From Rhizophagus irregularis (taxonomy: Eukaryota): a DNA stretch of 64,000 nucleotides. The translations under genes and the position numbers were made by a program. Below are positions 27,413 through 41,521 of the stretch, piece after piece. The stretch spans positions 2,480,001 to 2,544,000 of the forward strand of contig NC_089435.1 in NCBI RefSeq assembly GCF_026210795.1, in the 5' to 3' direction. The notes beneath the pieces are model-generated. The model was not told the origin of the DNA, made no database searches, and saw nothing but the letters and a program-made list of their open reading frames with translations. The number at the start of each line of letters is the position of its first letter. Positions within the stretch are counted from its first letter, which is position 1.

Positions 27413-28658
27413 ATTGTAATACTCGAATCTTATAACGAAATTTATCCCAGTTGATCGCGTGATTACCATTAATGTAAAGTAAATATCTGCATATTGCGTA
27501 TGAAGCATATGTATTAAAGTATATAGTGTCCATGTAATTTGTACAGTGGCTTAGTTCACGTTGAATATAAAAATAAAAATAAAAATAAAATCATATAACG
27601 ATTATATAAATTATTTATATAAATAAAGAACACAAGAAACCAAGTGAAAGTTTAAAAAGTAAAAATACAGTTTTCAAGTGTCATTTTTTTTAAAAATTTC
27701 ATCTGATTCAGATGTATAGAGCGGTGACGTTAAGAGGCAGTACGCTATTTGAATTTAGATAGTTTTACATTGTTTCTTTATTTTTATTCTTAATCTAAAC
27801 CTTCTGCTCACCGACCCATAAATACATTTAATTTAAAAATTAAACTAGTAACCAAAGAACTGTTACTAAAAAAGATCACTTTTTCATGCGGGTGGAGGTG
27901 CATCGGATGATAAAAGTTTTTCCTGGAATCATTAGTGTTTTCTCTAAGCGTTGAAGGAAGGTGTGACTGACTGCTCATCGAATCATATTGTTGCACAATC
28001 CCCGACACATCACCCGGCACATTCTAATCACGAGGTGATCCGCAAATTTTGCTGATATCTTCGAATATTTGAATACGTATTCCACACATCATTATAAAAT
28101 TATAAAAAAACACTTAATGTGTATGTTGCTAAATTAGTATTCACAGCTCATTTAATCATTTTCCATATAAGCGAATATTTCACTCGGTACGCAATTTTAT
28201 AAAAAATAATCTAATGATTAGAGTGATCAGAAAGTTCGAACGCTTATAAATGAACGAAAAATTCGGCCTAAGGGTGGATAGCATCTTCTGGTAAGAAGTT
28301 GCGGATACGATTAACCAACAATTTTTATCGCTTTTTAGTGGGAATAGTGAGGATTTACTATGTAAGTATAGGGATGGCGTAATCAAAATATATTTTGTTT
28401 TATTTACAGACAACCTATGCTTATCTTAATGGAACCGGACGAAAAAAAGTTTTAGTAGGGAAGATATACTGTATTATGAAGAATTCTCCGAATTTTGTAA
28501 AAGGCCAGGTAATATGCTACAAACTGCCAGTACCATTAAAATTTTTCAAAAGAATATGATGGTATGGCAGAAAAAAAGCAACCCACTTTCTCGTATATGG
28601 TGCTTTTTGTATGATCAAAAAAGAGGAATACGGTGGGATTTTTTTTATTGCTACTAAT

Positions 28659-30061
28659 CCCTATGAAAAAAAATCATCCAATTTTTGTACAATATTTGTT
28701 CAAGTCCGTGTGGAAATTGTACAATTATTGCAGATTTTTGGATAAAAATAGTTATGAAGTTTTTCAAAGCATATTAAAAGTATGCAATTTTTGTACAACT
28801 TAAATTTAGGATATAGAAAATGTTCAATTTTTGTGTGATTTTTATACAACTTAAATTTAGGATACAGAAAACATTCAATTTTTGTACAATAAAAATTGTG
28901 ATTATTGTACAACTTGAAAATAGACTTAAATTTAGGATACAGAAAGCAATTTTTGGGTAATCCTATTATACTACTTTCCATCTTACCTGTATGGTTACAT
29001 TTGACCACTTTTAGGGTCGAATAGACCACTTTTAACCATTACAAATAGATTTTCCTAAGTAAAGTGATTTATGCAGTAAGGTTACACAAAATTCAACCGC
29101 ATATTTGCTTATAAACGGGCATCTTCTGAAATTTTTGTATCATCTTGTAACTAAAAAAAAGTCAAAAACTTTTTATTAGGTTACACAATTAGTTCTGACC
29201 GGAATTATAATTTGGCCAGAATTATGCGGTAAAAATCAACTCTTAAAATTATATATGTTAGTCACGTGATCTGATCGTCAAAATAAATATGATGACGCGT
29301 AATGTTTTTGTTTGTTTTTTTAACCTTTTAACTTTTCTTCAACTTTCTTTTAAAATATCAGGTAAAAAAAACTTGTGTTCTTTATCTTTTTATTTTCCTA
29401 ACTTTTTACATTTTAATGTTACTAACTTGCTTTCTTCACTAACTTCATACTTTTTTTTATTACTAATACTAATAATTTACTTTTTAACACTACTAATTTG
29501 CTTTCTTCACTAACTTCATACTTTTTTATTACTAACACTAATAATTTACTTTTTAACACTACTAATTTGCTTTCTTCACTAACTTCATACTTTTTTATTT
29601 AATACTAATAATTTACTTACACTAATAATTTACTTTCTTCTTTGATACTACTAATTTACTTTCATGTTATTAACATACTTTATTTTATTTTATTTTCTTA
29701 CAAATTTTTATATTTATGATTATATCAAATTTAGTATTTTATTTATGAAATATTGTGTATATTTTTTATATTTTACGTCAATAAAAAAAATTCATAATTT
29801 CACTTTATAAATTGCCTGTTATTACTGTAAAATTTAACCTATAATTCCTAAAATATGGCCTAAAATTTGGCTCAAAAATCACACAATAATTGTATAAATT
29901 CAGGTCAAAAATAGGATAATTATTGAATAAATTACCATGCAATAATTGTGTGATTTATTGCAATTTTTAGCACAATTATTGTATGGTCAAATATACAGAA
30001 ATCGTAGTGAATTTAATTGAATGATTTTTCAACAAAAATCACACAGACTTTTTTCATAGGG
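28659..30061. mobile_element. Non-autonomous DNA transposon with CCC...GGG termini (CMC/EnSpm-like or piggyBac-like ends)
   Basis: 13-bp perfect TIR CCCTATGAAAAAA (28659) / TTTTTTCATAGGG (ends 30061); internal tandem repeats at 28730-28950 and 29419-29680; no clean TSD. Confidence 0.7.
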
Positions 30062-30863
30062 TAAGAGAAAATCTGTATTCTAGTTTTTTTACATGTATTG
30101 AAAAATATCCACTAGATAGACCAAAGGAAGAAACATTGCTGTATATCAATAATAATAGATAAATGCATTTGTATTATAATAAAAAAAAAGCACAAATATA
30201 TTTACAACTGCGCCAGCTAAGTGCTCCCTTAATAAGGCACTGAATTTTTTTACTTTACGTTACTCCCTTATATATGTCTCGTGAGTCGTGATCTGTTTGT
30301 TATCTGTACAACAGAAAATATTGAATAATTACGTAACATTTATTAAAAAAAAAAAATTTCATTTTTTTTTCTTAAGAAATACTTTACAAATCAATTATTT
30401 TATATAAATTATTATTTTATCACATTTAAAAACTAGTGTTTTTACACTTTATTACAATAAAATCAATTTCAATAAGCCTAAAAACAAACATTATTTTTAA
30501 TGAAATGGTTTTAATACGTGTAAAAAAATACTAATTGCTCTAAGGGCTGTAATTTATATATAAAAGTATTAAGATTGTTATGAATATTTAGAGTTGTTTT
30601 AATAAAAATTAATACTTAAGTGGTTCCATACCCATTTCATTCTACAAAAGCACTGAAATCGCGCTGTAAAATTGCATATACCCCATAAACACGTGTGGTA
30701 AAACATGTGATCTTCTTTTGATGCTGCGGTTCAATAAATTTTTATTTAATGAATATATTATTCTTTTCGTAAGTAGATGATTTATTTTCTTTTTTTCCTT
30801 TTAGTATGATCTTAAATTATAATATTTTATTTTTACATTATCTTCAGTAAATCGTAGCACAAA

Positions 30864-33619
30864 TAGGGATGCCAACGGTCGGTTCGGTTCGGTTTCAGTT
30901 TTAAAACCGTGGTTTTCAACCAAAACCGAACTGACCGCATAACCGACCGGTAAAACCGAACCGTAAAACCGGTACAAAACCGAATTTTAAATTTTATTGA
31001 TTTATTAATAATTCGTTAATAAACAATATCATTAAACTTATTAAAAGTTTTTTATTAATGATTTTTACAAAAAAAAATAACTAAATAATTGTCAATAAAC
31101 CAATAAAAAAAATACTAATAAATGTTAATAAATGAATAATGCTAATAATGTTTAAATTTAGTAAATTTTTGCTGGAAAATATTGAAACTCCTTATATATA
31201 ATTAATATATTTAAATTCATTATACTAAATTAAAATATTTAAGTTATTCAATTCCTTCAATCATCCAACTTCTTAAACACAAACATGCCCTAGTTGTATC
31301 CTCATCCAACCTATTTCTTTTTTTACTTACCACATTACCAGCCAAAGAAAATAATTGTTCACAGGGTACTGAAGAAGCTTGTACAGATAAATAACTCTGG
31401 GCCATTTTTGATAATATAGGGTATTCTGTTGAATGAGCATGCCACCATGATAATGGTTCTATATCAAAACTTGCATCTGCTGATTCCCAGTATTTTAACA
31501 ATTCATCAGTATTTGAATTTCTTTGTTGACGTACAGATGATAAACGTTGAACAAATATAGATGCATTATTATTAGATGGCAAATTACTTAAAGCTGAATC
31601 TGGAAAATTATTACGAATGGGTTCAAGAATCTCATTGATTTCCAAGTTTTTGTATGCAATTGTTTTGTACCTTGGGTCAAAAAATGCTGGAACATGAGTC
31701 ATTTTATCAATGTGAGCCCAATATTCTTGAATTTTATTACGGATTGCCAAAAGAACTTCACCAAGAGAATAGTTATGACCTCTATTTTCATTAAGATCAA
31801 CAAGTAAACCTAAAAGTACTACTCTTGCATATGCTATTGTTGGATATGTTTGTGTGGAAAGTTCGGCTGTAGCAATATGAAATTGTGATAATAAATTAAC
31901 CAGATGCTAAAATTAAAACTTGTAATTAATAATTAAATATAAAATAATAATTTAATAATTATTATAAAAATTAACACTTACTTCAATTTTTTCCCATTCC
32001 CTTTCATTAAGCCAAATATCCTGAAGTGGTTGATGTCGAGATTTTATTATTAATAAGTCATCCTTAAGAATTAATGCACGTTCAGCCATAAGGAATACAG
32101 AATTCCATCTGGTTTTAACATCCAAAATTGGATGCTTAAATGTATGATTAGCAGCAATTGCTAATCTTTCTAATTCCTCAAGATATAATTGGGTTCTCCT
32201 AACACGTTTTACTATTTTTCTTAACTTCTTAATTAAATTTTCTACATGTTTTAATCCTGCATTTACTGCAAGATTTAATATATGACATATACAATGAGAA
32301 TGAATAAAATCTAATGCAGGTGTTTGAATGTCAAAATCATTTTTTAACAATCTACAAGCCACAACCATATTACTTCCATTATCAGTAGTAATGGATATAA
32401 TTTTTTGTTTGAGATCAAAATCTACTAAAAGTTTATTGAGAATTTCATAAATTGCATTTCCAGTATGAGAACCAGTTATTCGCAAAACTTCAAGTGTAAA
32501 ATGCTTCAACTTCCATTCATTAGTAATAAAATGAATTGTAACTCCAATAAATGCTTCATTTTTAATACTTGACCATATATCAGTTGTAATTGAGCAACGA
32601 CCTGGAATATCTTTAACAAAATCAACAATATGTTCACGCCTAGATTTAAATTCAGACATTATTTCATTTTTTAATGTAGTACGACCTGGACATCTAAATT
32701 TTGGATTTAATTTTTGTATAAATTCATTGAAATAAACACTATCAACAAGAGAAAATGGTAGCATGTCAATTACTATCCATTTAATAAGAAGTTTAACGAA
32801 TTCAGCATTTTTTTCTTTATCATAAAAGGAAGTAATGTTGCCCTTAAATTTAAGAGTTGTTTGGTTGGCTTCTCTATGAATATGTTTGTGATATTTTTTA
32901 ATGTGATTTCGCAATGTTGTTGTAGAACTTTTTGCTGAAAAAAATTTATTACAAATCTTACATTTAGGTTTTTCTGGATCTGTTACTTTATCTATATGCT
33001 CCCATACATCAGATGGCGTTCTATTACTTTGGTTTTCATCATCTTCATTTTCCTCATCATCAAGTTCCTGCTGATTTGTATTATCATCATCTAAAATCAT
33101 ATCATTTCTGTGCATTTCTAAACTATACGCTGAGTGTTGAGAGGAACTCCCAAAAGAATATTCACTCTCATCTTCTGAAGTATAGTTTGAGTCAACATCA
33201 AAATTATCCATTAATTTTAAAATCAATTATTTAGGCAAAAAAAATTAATAAATAGATACTTTGATGATTTGTTAAAAAAAGAATAAAAATATTTTAATAA
33301 ATTTTTTTTTTTTTAAGCGCACTTTACAAAAAAACATTTGCATATGAAAATAAGCCAATAAACTAATTTTAGTAATGGTGCAGTGATTTACAGCTTATAT
33401 AATTTCCGCAGAATAATAAAAACAAGTTATTTAATATCATATGTATCAAATTTGTAATTGATCGTCATTTAATAATCAATTAGCAGTATCGGTTTTTTGA
33501 TCGGTTTTTTTATATATAAAACTGTCGGTTAACCGGTCAGTTTTAGACTGGAACCGAACCATAACCGAACCGGTAAAAACCGGTTATGATCGGTCATAAC
33601 CGAACTTTTGGCATCCCTA
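30864..33619 (-). mobile_element. Complete autonomous hAT DNA transposon
   Basis: TIR TAGGGATGCCAA / TTGGCATCCCTA; perfect 8-bp TSD AGCACAAA (30856-30863 and 33620-33627); AACCG/CGGTT sub-terminal repeats at both ends. Confidence 0.97.
31244..33211 (-). CDS. hAT transposase with BED zinc finger, 2 exons, ~630 aa
   Basis: Exons 33211-31982 and 31906-31244 join in frame (GTAAGT..TTTAG). BED finger SDVWEH..CKIC..LRNHIKKYH; TTDIWSS, TTDNGSNM, CICHILNL, DVKTRWNS; dimerisation region SSVPCEQLFS. Confidence 0.95.
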
Positions 33620-34699
33620 AGCACAAATTAATAATAACTAATTATTTTCAATTTCAAACGTGATCGTAATCTACTTAAATGTTTACCGCGTGATATAAAC
33701 AGTCCAATAGCTAAGTATAAAAACGTTTGACTGCCTAAACGAAGTTCTTTTCCACAATCAATTTGAAAATAGGCTCAAAATAAATACTAAATATCATAAC
33801 AGGCTAAAGATTTCTGAAAATTTTTATATCTAAATATTGGCTAAAAGTAGAAGTTATACTATTAATCATGTCAATGTATGAAATATTACAAAATAAATGT
33901 GACTTACGCACATATGTATTTAATATTGAAATCTATATTACTTTCATACTTGTCGTTAATACATTTAATTTTATTACACTTTACAACAATTTAGATTACT
34001 TAATTATAATAGATAACTAAATTTTAATTGCTTAAATGATCTTACGCCTATACTACAGAAAAAAAAATTGTTTTTGAAATTTGAAACATAACAGTATTTA
34101 AAATTTATTTTGATTGAGTTTGTTTGGATTACAAATATTTTAATAACAAAAAGAAAAAACTTTACTTGATTTGTTTTTCTGATCAATTTAAATTTTTGTA
34201 GCGTCAAGGAAGCCTTTTGTCAATAACATATAATTAAACAAACATAACCTTAACATACATAGTTTAAATCATTTAAAATAGTTTTTGTTTAACATATTGT
34301 ATAAAATATAATATAGTAACAAGTATTTCATCATTAGCACTTTAAATTTCAAATTAAATTATAAATAATTTTAATAATACTTCTTTAATCAGAAACTAGT
34401 CAAAATATAAATAAAATACAATTGGTCGATTTGCATCAGCTGATCGTTGACGTAATGCTAGTAATGCTGGCCGAAACACTTAAGGCATTATAATATTGGA
34501 CAATCAATATCGGGCTGATCGGCGCACAAATTTTGCTAAAGAACCGTTGATTATATTATTTTTCGGGCTCCGATGCATTGATCTGCATTATGATTGTTTA
34601 TGTTCCAAATTGTAATGTTGGACAAGAAATAATAAATCATCCTTTATTTACCAATTATGAATTTTTTGAAACCCTTTTTTCCAAAATTAATTAATTAGA

Positions 34700-35275
34700 A
34701 TTACGTGGTAGAAAATGAACTGGTATAATTTAGATGAACGATATGAACGATCAAAATTGTTCTGAACTTCAAGTTCTTAATATAAATCTCATATATCTTG
34801 TTTCTTTTCTACAGAAAATCATTAAGAAAACTATTGGAAGTATTTAAAAAATTGGGCGGATTCTATGTACTATAATATATCATTATATAATCCTGGTCAT
34901 TTTATTAAAGTATTTCCTAATCTTACTTAGATATGTTAGAATTATTTTGAAAGATCAATATCTTGACAATCTTGAATTACTTTTAATCAATTGTAAATTA
35001 TTAGAAGGATTGTATATTTATAAAATTCTGCCTTATTTACTGAATACATTAATTAGAGTTGCTCTGATAACTTTATATAATATATTGCAATTTTAAAATA
35101 ACTAAATTGTATTGGTTCTCTAATCATTGGAATTTGGAAGGGTCGAAAACGTTGTATTTGTATTCTAGGATTCTAAATGATATTGTTTATAATTTAAATG
35201 AAATGAAAATTGTGTAAATTAAGGTATAATTAAAAAATTTCAAAATTGTAACTTTAATGAAGGTTTTAAGTGTTA
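34700..35275 (+). pseudogene. Degenerate LRR (RNI-like/F-box-associated) gene remnant
   Basis: Broken fragments CSELQVLNI, LELLLINCKLLEGLYI, IWKGRK, GIIKKF; many stops. Confidence 0.45.
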
Positions 35276-35890
35276 ATATTAATTATTTTTGTTAATTTAT
35301 TGCAACTTCTAACGCTTATTTTTTATTTTTTAAAAAATAGATATTAACTCTTCATACATGAATTATTTTTTTTTTAAGTATATAATAGCCATAAAAAGTA
35401 TTTTTTTTTACTATTTATGTATTTTTGATTATAAAGAATTTTATGAATTTACAATAACTTTTACTATTGAACGTAATTATCATATTTTTCAAGGAATAAC
35501 CAGAAATTCCAAAACAAAATATCTAATTACAGTATATCAATTGTACACTTAAATATTCAATTTACACTCATTTGTCAAAATGTTGATAAAAGTGCTATAA
35601 AATGCTTATAATATTAAAACTTTAAATTTGTTTATTTTTGTTTTATATTTATACCTATTTTCTTTTTTATGGAAAAATGATTGACATGGAATTTTTCAAC
35701 GCAGATCAGTGTATCGGAAATAATATGGACCGAAAGAAATTGTGACTTCTACTTTTGGTTAAAATATTCCTTTCTAGTAACTCATTCATTTCATATTGAA
35801 TAATAAAAAAAGCTTTTGTCTAAAAAAAAAAATTGTTTAAAAGAAAATAAAAAATTAATAAAATTTATTTCTAGTAAAATAAATTCTTAA

Positions 35891-37260
35891 ATGGAAACTA
35901 AATTTGAATAATTTAAATACCTCAGACAAAGATACAAATACATTAATCAACAAAAATTGTTTATACTGTAATAAGCCTTCTACTGAAGAATTATTGTGTA
36001 AAGAATGTATTATTTCTCTGGATAAATTAGCAGATAATGGTAATAAAGAAGCAATGTTTGATTTAGCTGATTTCTATTATATTGGAAAAGGAACAGAAAA
36101 GAATTTAGAAAAATCCTTTCATTGGTATCAAAAAGCAGCAGAAAATGATCATGAAGAAGCAATGCTTAATTTATTCATATGTTATGAAAATGGAGAAGGA
36201 ACAGAAAAGGATTCAGAAAAAGCCTTTTATTGGTATAAAAAAGCAGCAGAAAATGGTGATGAAATAGCAATGCTTAATTTATTCATATTTTATAAAAATG
36301 GAGAAGGAACAGAAAAGAATTTAGAAAATCCTTTCATTGGTGTCAAAAAGCAGCAGAAAATGGTGTTAAATATGCAATGCTTAATTTATCCAGTAACTAT
36401 GATAATGGAGAAGGAACAAAAAAGAATTTAGAAAAAGCATTTTATTGGTATCAAAAAGTGGCAGAAAATGGTGAAGAAAAGCAATGAATAATTTAGCCAT
36501 ATGTTATGAAAATGGAGAAGGAACAGAAAAGAATTTAGAAATTATTGGTAGCGGAAAATGGTGATAAAGAGGCAATTAATAATTTAGTAGCCATCTGTTA
36601 TGAAAATGGAGAAGGAACAGAAAAAGATTTAGAAAAAGCCTTCTATTTGTATCAAAAAGCAGCAGAAGATGATCATATTGAAGCAATGATTAATTTAGCC
36701 AATATTTATGAAAATGGAAAAGGAATGGAAAAGGATTTTGAAAAGGCTTTTTATTGGTATCAAAAGGCAGTAGAAAGTAATAAAGTGAATCCTAAAAATG
36801 AAGTCAAATTCTGTAACGAATACAAGAATTTATTGATAAATTTATTCAAAAAGCACAATTAAATGCTAAAAATAGTCATGAAATTTTAGAGTGGATACCT
36901 TATAATAAATCGTCAAATATTAATTATTATGATAAAGGAGGATTTAGTGAAATTTATAAAGCTTTCTGGTCAGATGGGCCTATTTATAGTTGGAATATTG
37001 ACAAAAAACAATGGATAGACAAACATACTATGAGGTTATTCTTAAAAAACTTAATAATTCATCAAACTTAAATAGCAAATTTTTGGATAAGGTATGGTAT
37101 TTATATTTAGTTGTATATTTTATTTCTTTTTCAAAAATTTAATATTTTTTTATTATTTATATAGTGGAAATATCATTATAATTGTCAGAAAAAGTCATTT
37201 TCAAAATTTATTCAATTCTTTGGAATTACCCATGAACTCCCATACAATGATATTTTAATA
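35891..37260 (+). pseudogene. Sel1-repeat + protein-kinase N-lobe pseudogene
   Basis: CLYCNKP..CKEC, then ~6-7 Sel1 repeats (A-M-x-N-L..Y.NGEGTEK.LEKAFYWYQKAAE) with frameshifts, then LEWIPY..DKGGFSEIYKA..DGPI, VILKKL, an intron and FIQFFGIT; truncated. Confidence 0.85.
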
Positions 37261-39314
37261 AGTTCTAACGGAAAGAGTCATATATTACAGTATTATTAAA
37301 AATAATATATTACTGAAATCTGTAAAAGATAGATTAGAACTCTAATCTAAATTATTTATAAGTGTAAATAATTGTATACTTGCAATTCTTCAGTAAATTC
37401 TCTAAGATTACTTCGCTGATTGTTTTGTATAATCACTAATAAAAAAATCCTTTGCCTTCAAACGATGTATTTTTATGTAATAAAAATTCTTACTAAGTAC
37501 ATCAAATAATCCACCACTGGCGTTTACTGGTCGGCTTGCTAGTCGACTTTATTGGTGGTATATAAGAATGCATTTCATATTCAATAGAAGAAAAACTATC
37601 AATTGCTTCCTTATTAATTTAAAAAATTTAAATAAATAAAAAATCAATAAATAAAAACAAATATAATATAATTAATTAATAATTTACCGTTGTTGAATGT
37701 CGAATGTCGATGAATAAGTTTCTTTAAATAATGCTTTGCAATATACAGTATCTTACCACTAAATTTTATTTGTAAATTTCTAAAAATCCAATAGGTAAAT
37801 TCAAAACAATTAATATATTTGATAAAACCCTATTTTTCACATGTTTGCAAATGAATTAGAATTATCTGATAAGTAATCAAAGAGAATTTAATGAAATAAT
37901 GGATAATCTCTTTATAGCAGATATGCATGGCTTTACCATTGTATAATCTAATTAGAATTTTATACTCTTTCTAGAAATAGCATTATATTTTATAAAATTT
38001 ATACTTTTCTAAAATTTAAATAAAATAATAAAGTCTTAATTTGATAAAAATTTGAATTTATTTATAATTCAGGATTGCGGCATCCATGCTGAATCTGAAT
38101 TGACGTAACCGTAATTATTTTTACGGAAACAATGTAATTTGGTGTAATGTATTTTGACAGACATATTCATTACAATAAATGGGATTCAACTGACAGTCCA
38201 TTCCCTTATCCTTATAGTAGCAAAGAAAAATAAACATTATTAATGTTTCTTATTCTTTATTATATTCTTCATTGGACTTAATGTCTTTTCATTATCATTA
38301 TTCACATTCTGAGCCCTTCCTTCTTTAGATTGGACAACAGGTTTATATCCAGTTTGTTCATTTTTCACTTTTTTAGATAGTGATTTAGTTTTTCTATGGA
38401 ATCCTTTGAATATTTTTGGTTATTGATTTTGGTGTAGTAAATATAAATATCTTAGAGTTTTCTGAAGGGGATATTCTGTCACATCCCTTTACATCAGTAA
38501 ACAAAGTATCTACTATTAATATCTTAATTTAGGGCTTTATATGGGTCAGAAAATGAGTATCACTTACTTTATAACCTTAGACTAATTTCCTCCAGTAAGT
38601 TTTTAGTCCTTCACCTTGCCATTCTTTTTCCTACATATTATAAGAAAGTTAGAGAGATGTTAGCATATGCAACTTTTTTTTATTTAGTGATAAAGTAAGG
38701 CATATAGTTAACTCACCAAAACCAAGAGTCCTTTGTGCCTGAATTAAGAACACTTGGAGTGGGCACCAGTATTAAAACCCGGTAATCCTCCTGAGTCAAC
38801 TGGAGTGAACTAGAAGTTCCCTCCCTTTGCAAAATAAAAAAAAGAGTACTTTTATTTTTACTATTGTTTAATATGGCTTCTGCTTCTTTAAGATCAATAT
38901 TTTGAAGTCATATCCTTTCTCCGAAAATAATAAAGGTATAATCATTTCATGGTTGCTTTCTAAGAATCCACAGTACAACTAATTCTTTCAATATATAAGA
39001 AACTATTACTAGAAAGTTTAAAGAAGTTTTCATGTTATAGAACTTACCATCATAACCAACATATGAATTAGAGGTTTCTTCATAAATAATCCTTAGAAAT
39101 ACATTTAAAACTACCTCTGCAAGCAAGGATTCTTATATCGGATTTATCAATACCCTATAGAATTATTTTTTAAAAAAAATAAATAAAATTTCTTTACTGA
39201 AACTTGCGAAATCGGGACTGTGTAGTAGCTATGTAGCTGCTATATATATTAAAAAAAGTAGTAGGCGTATCGCTATTTTATGTTTAACGTAGGGTATCCA
39301 TATGGAGCGAATAT

Positions 39315-39800
39315 AGTTTAAGTGTAACCTATGTAATGCAAAAATGTAGTTTAGTTAATGTAATAATATTGCAAAAATGTAGTTTAAGTGTAGCCTATGT
39401 AATGCAAAAATGTAGTTTAGTTAATGTAATAATATTGCAAAAATGTAGTTTAAATGTAGCTTATGTAATGCAAAAATGTAGTTTAGTTAATGTAATAATA
39501 TTGCAAAAATGTAGTTTAAATGTAGCTTATGTAATGCAAAAATGTAGTTTAGTTAATGTAATAATATTGCAAAAATGTAGTTTAAATGTAGCTTATGTAA
39601 TGCAAAAATGTAGTTTAGTTAATGTAATAATATTGCAAAAATGTAGTTTAAGTGTAGCTTATGTAATGCAAAAATGTAGTTTAGTTAATGTAATAATATT
39701 GCAAAAATATAGTTTATTTAATGCAAAAATATTGTTTAGTTAATGTAAAAATATTGCAAAAATGTAGTTTATTTAATGCAAAAATATTGTTTATTTAAAG
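39315..39800. repeat. Minisatellite: 66-bp unit made of two alternating 33-bp subunits
   Basis: TGCAAAAATGTAGTTTA recurs every 33 bp, alternating GTTAATGTAATAATAT and A(A/G)TGTAGCTTATGTAA. Confidence 0.95.
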
Positions 39801-40405
39801 TAATATTACAGTTTACTCAAAGTTATAATACAGTTTCATTGTATTAATTATCTAAATCTATATTAAATCTATATTAAATCTATATTAAATATATTTTGTA
39901 TCGATATTAATCTATGCTTCTAAAGTTTTGAATTCCTTTTTTCGAAACTATACTTGGATTTTGGTTTCCAAGCTGGAGCCAAAAAAAAAAGGAAAAAAAT
40001 TAAAAAAAAACTTAAGTTTCGAATTCCTTTATTCGAAACTTACCTATCTCACGCGAGCGTCTAACTAAGAGTTGATTTCACCAAGACCCGTGTCTAAGCC
40101 GCCTAAAAAAAGGAAAAAAAAAGAAATTAGCAACCATTTTAAAAGACAAAATAAAGATGGAATAAAACAAAAAAACAATACTCCCACCGAAGTCCTGCGT
40201 CCAAAGAATTAAAAACCGTCTAAAAAGAAAAAAAAATCAGTTAGAAAATGTTTGTCAAAATAAAAATCAAGAAAAAAATGACAAACTTACTGAAATGAGA
40301 GACCATATGAACCGTCTAAAAGAAGAAAAAATCGAAGAAACATTAGTAAATGTTTCTCAAAGAATAGTTCAAAAAATAAACCTCTACCCCTCCGAATTAT
40401 CACGC

Positions 40406-41445
40406 TGAGATCCCCCAATTCCCTCTGTCATCAATTTACAGAGTTGCCACATCGAACGGGCATTCTCATGGTCGAACGAACGAATAAACGAACGAACGAT
40501 CAATTAAACGAACAAGCAATTGATCAGCGACATAATTAACAAACAACATAATCAACGAACAACATACAACAATATATAACAACAACATTCTTGGTTTATA
40601 AAATAAATAGCGTTAGTAATATAAAACGTTAAACGATATAAAATAAAATTTAACTTCTCTAAATTTTCCCCAAATTATATCCACTTTTACCTTTAATTTC
40701 AAACTTCGATAGCTCTCGCTACGAATTATTACTTTTCAAAAACATATATTTAATTCATCTTAAAATTTTCATTTGTTTAATTAAAATTAATTAAGCGAAC
40801 ATTAATTAAAGTTTAGGGCGAACCTATTACCTTTAATTAACATTAAACTTCATTAACAAATAATTAAATGAAACTTATATTTTATTTGAGTTCTGTGGAT
40901 GAGAACTAAGGAATTACCTTGAACTCCGTTCTCTATATATACAATTTTTATGCTACTTTCTATTCTATCTATATACTATCTTTTATGTTCTTTTTACATA
41001 TTATCTTTGAACTATCTTTCTAATATACTATCTATATTTTAAATACGCTATCTTTTAATATGCTATCTTTTTATATTATCTTTTACATTATTTTGTGTTC
41101 TTTAATCTTTCTGACATTATTTTATATATTCTTTTAATTCGCTTTATGTGTTTTACTTATAATCTATCTTTTGTGGCTTATAATTATTCTTTCTTATCGT
41201 TCTTATTGTTAAAGATTGCTAAGCCGCAATTGATCGACTCTATTTACCCTATTGGTTCCTTGTCAATCATTCAATAAATATTACATCATGTAGATCATTA
41301 CTCTTCCTAAATGTTTATCCTTTTCGGCTAATTATTTATCCATCTACGCCAATCCACGATTAATTTGTTCGTTCTTAATATTTAATAATTACATTTGGTG
41401 GTTGAATTTTATCATCTTTTCGTGCTTGATATTCGACCGTTTACA
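40406..41445 (-). repeat. 3' LTR
   Basis: Direct repeat of 50140-51179; only 4 substitutions seen by eye. Confidence 0.97.
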
Positions 41446-41458
41446 TTATCCCCCTCTT
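41446..41458 (-). other. Polypurine tract
   Basis: Minus-strand GAAGAGGGGATAA immediately precedes the 3' LTR TG. Confidence 0.85.
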
Positions 41459-41521
41459 CGCTATTTGTGACCTCACAAATAACTTTGATAGAATCGAACT
41501 CGTGTCTTATCCATAATAATT

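Noticed and set aside
37360..39200. Degenerate minus-strand exon-like fragments
   Set aside because: Too decayed to assign by eye.
39336..39743. 135-aa repetitive ORF / CRISPR-like periodicity
   Set aside because: Pure 66-bp minisatellite: the 'spacers' are two alternating invariant sequences, and there are no cas genes in this eukaryotic context.
41095..41277. Identical 60-aa ORF in both LTRs
   Set aside because: GTG start, low complexity, duplicated only because it lies in the LTR.
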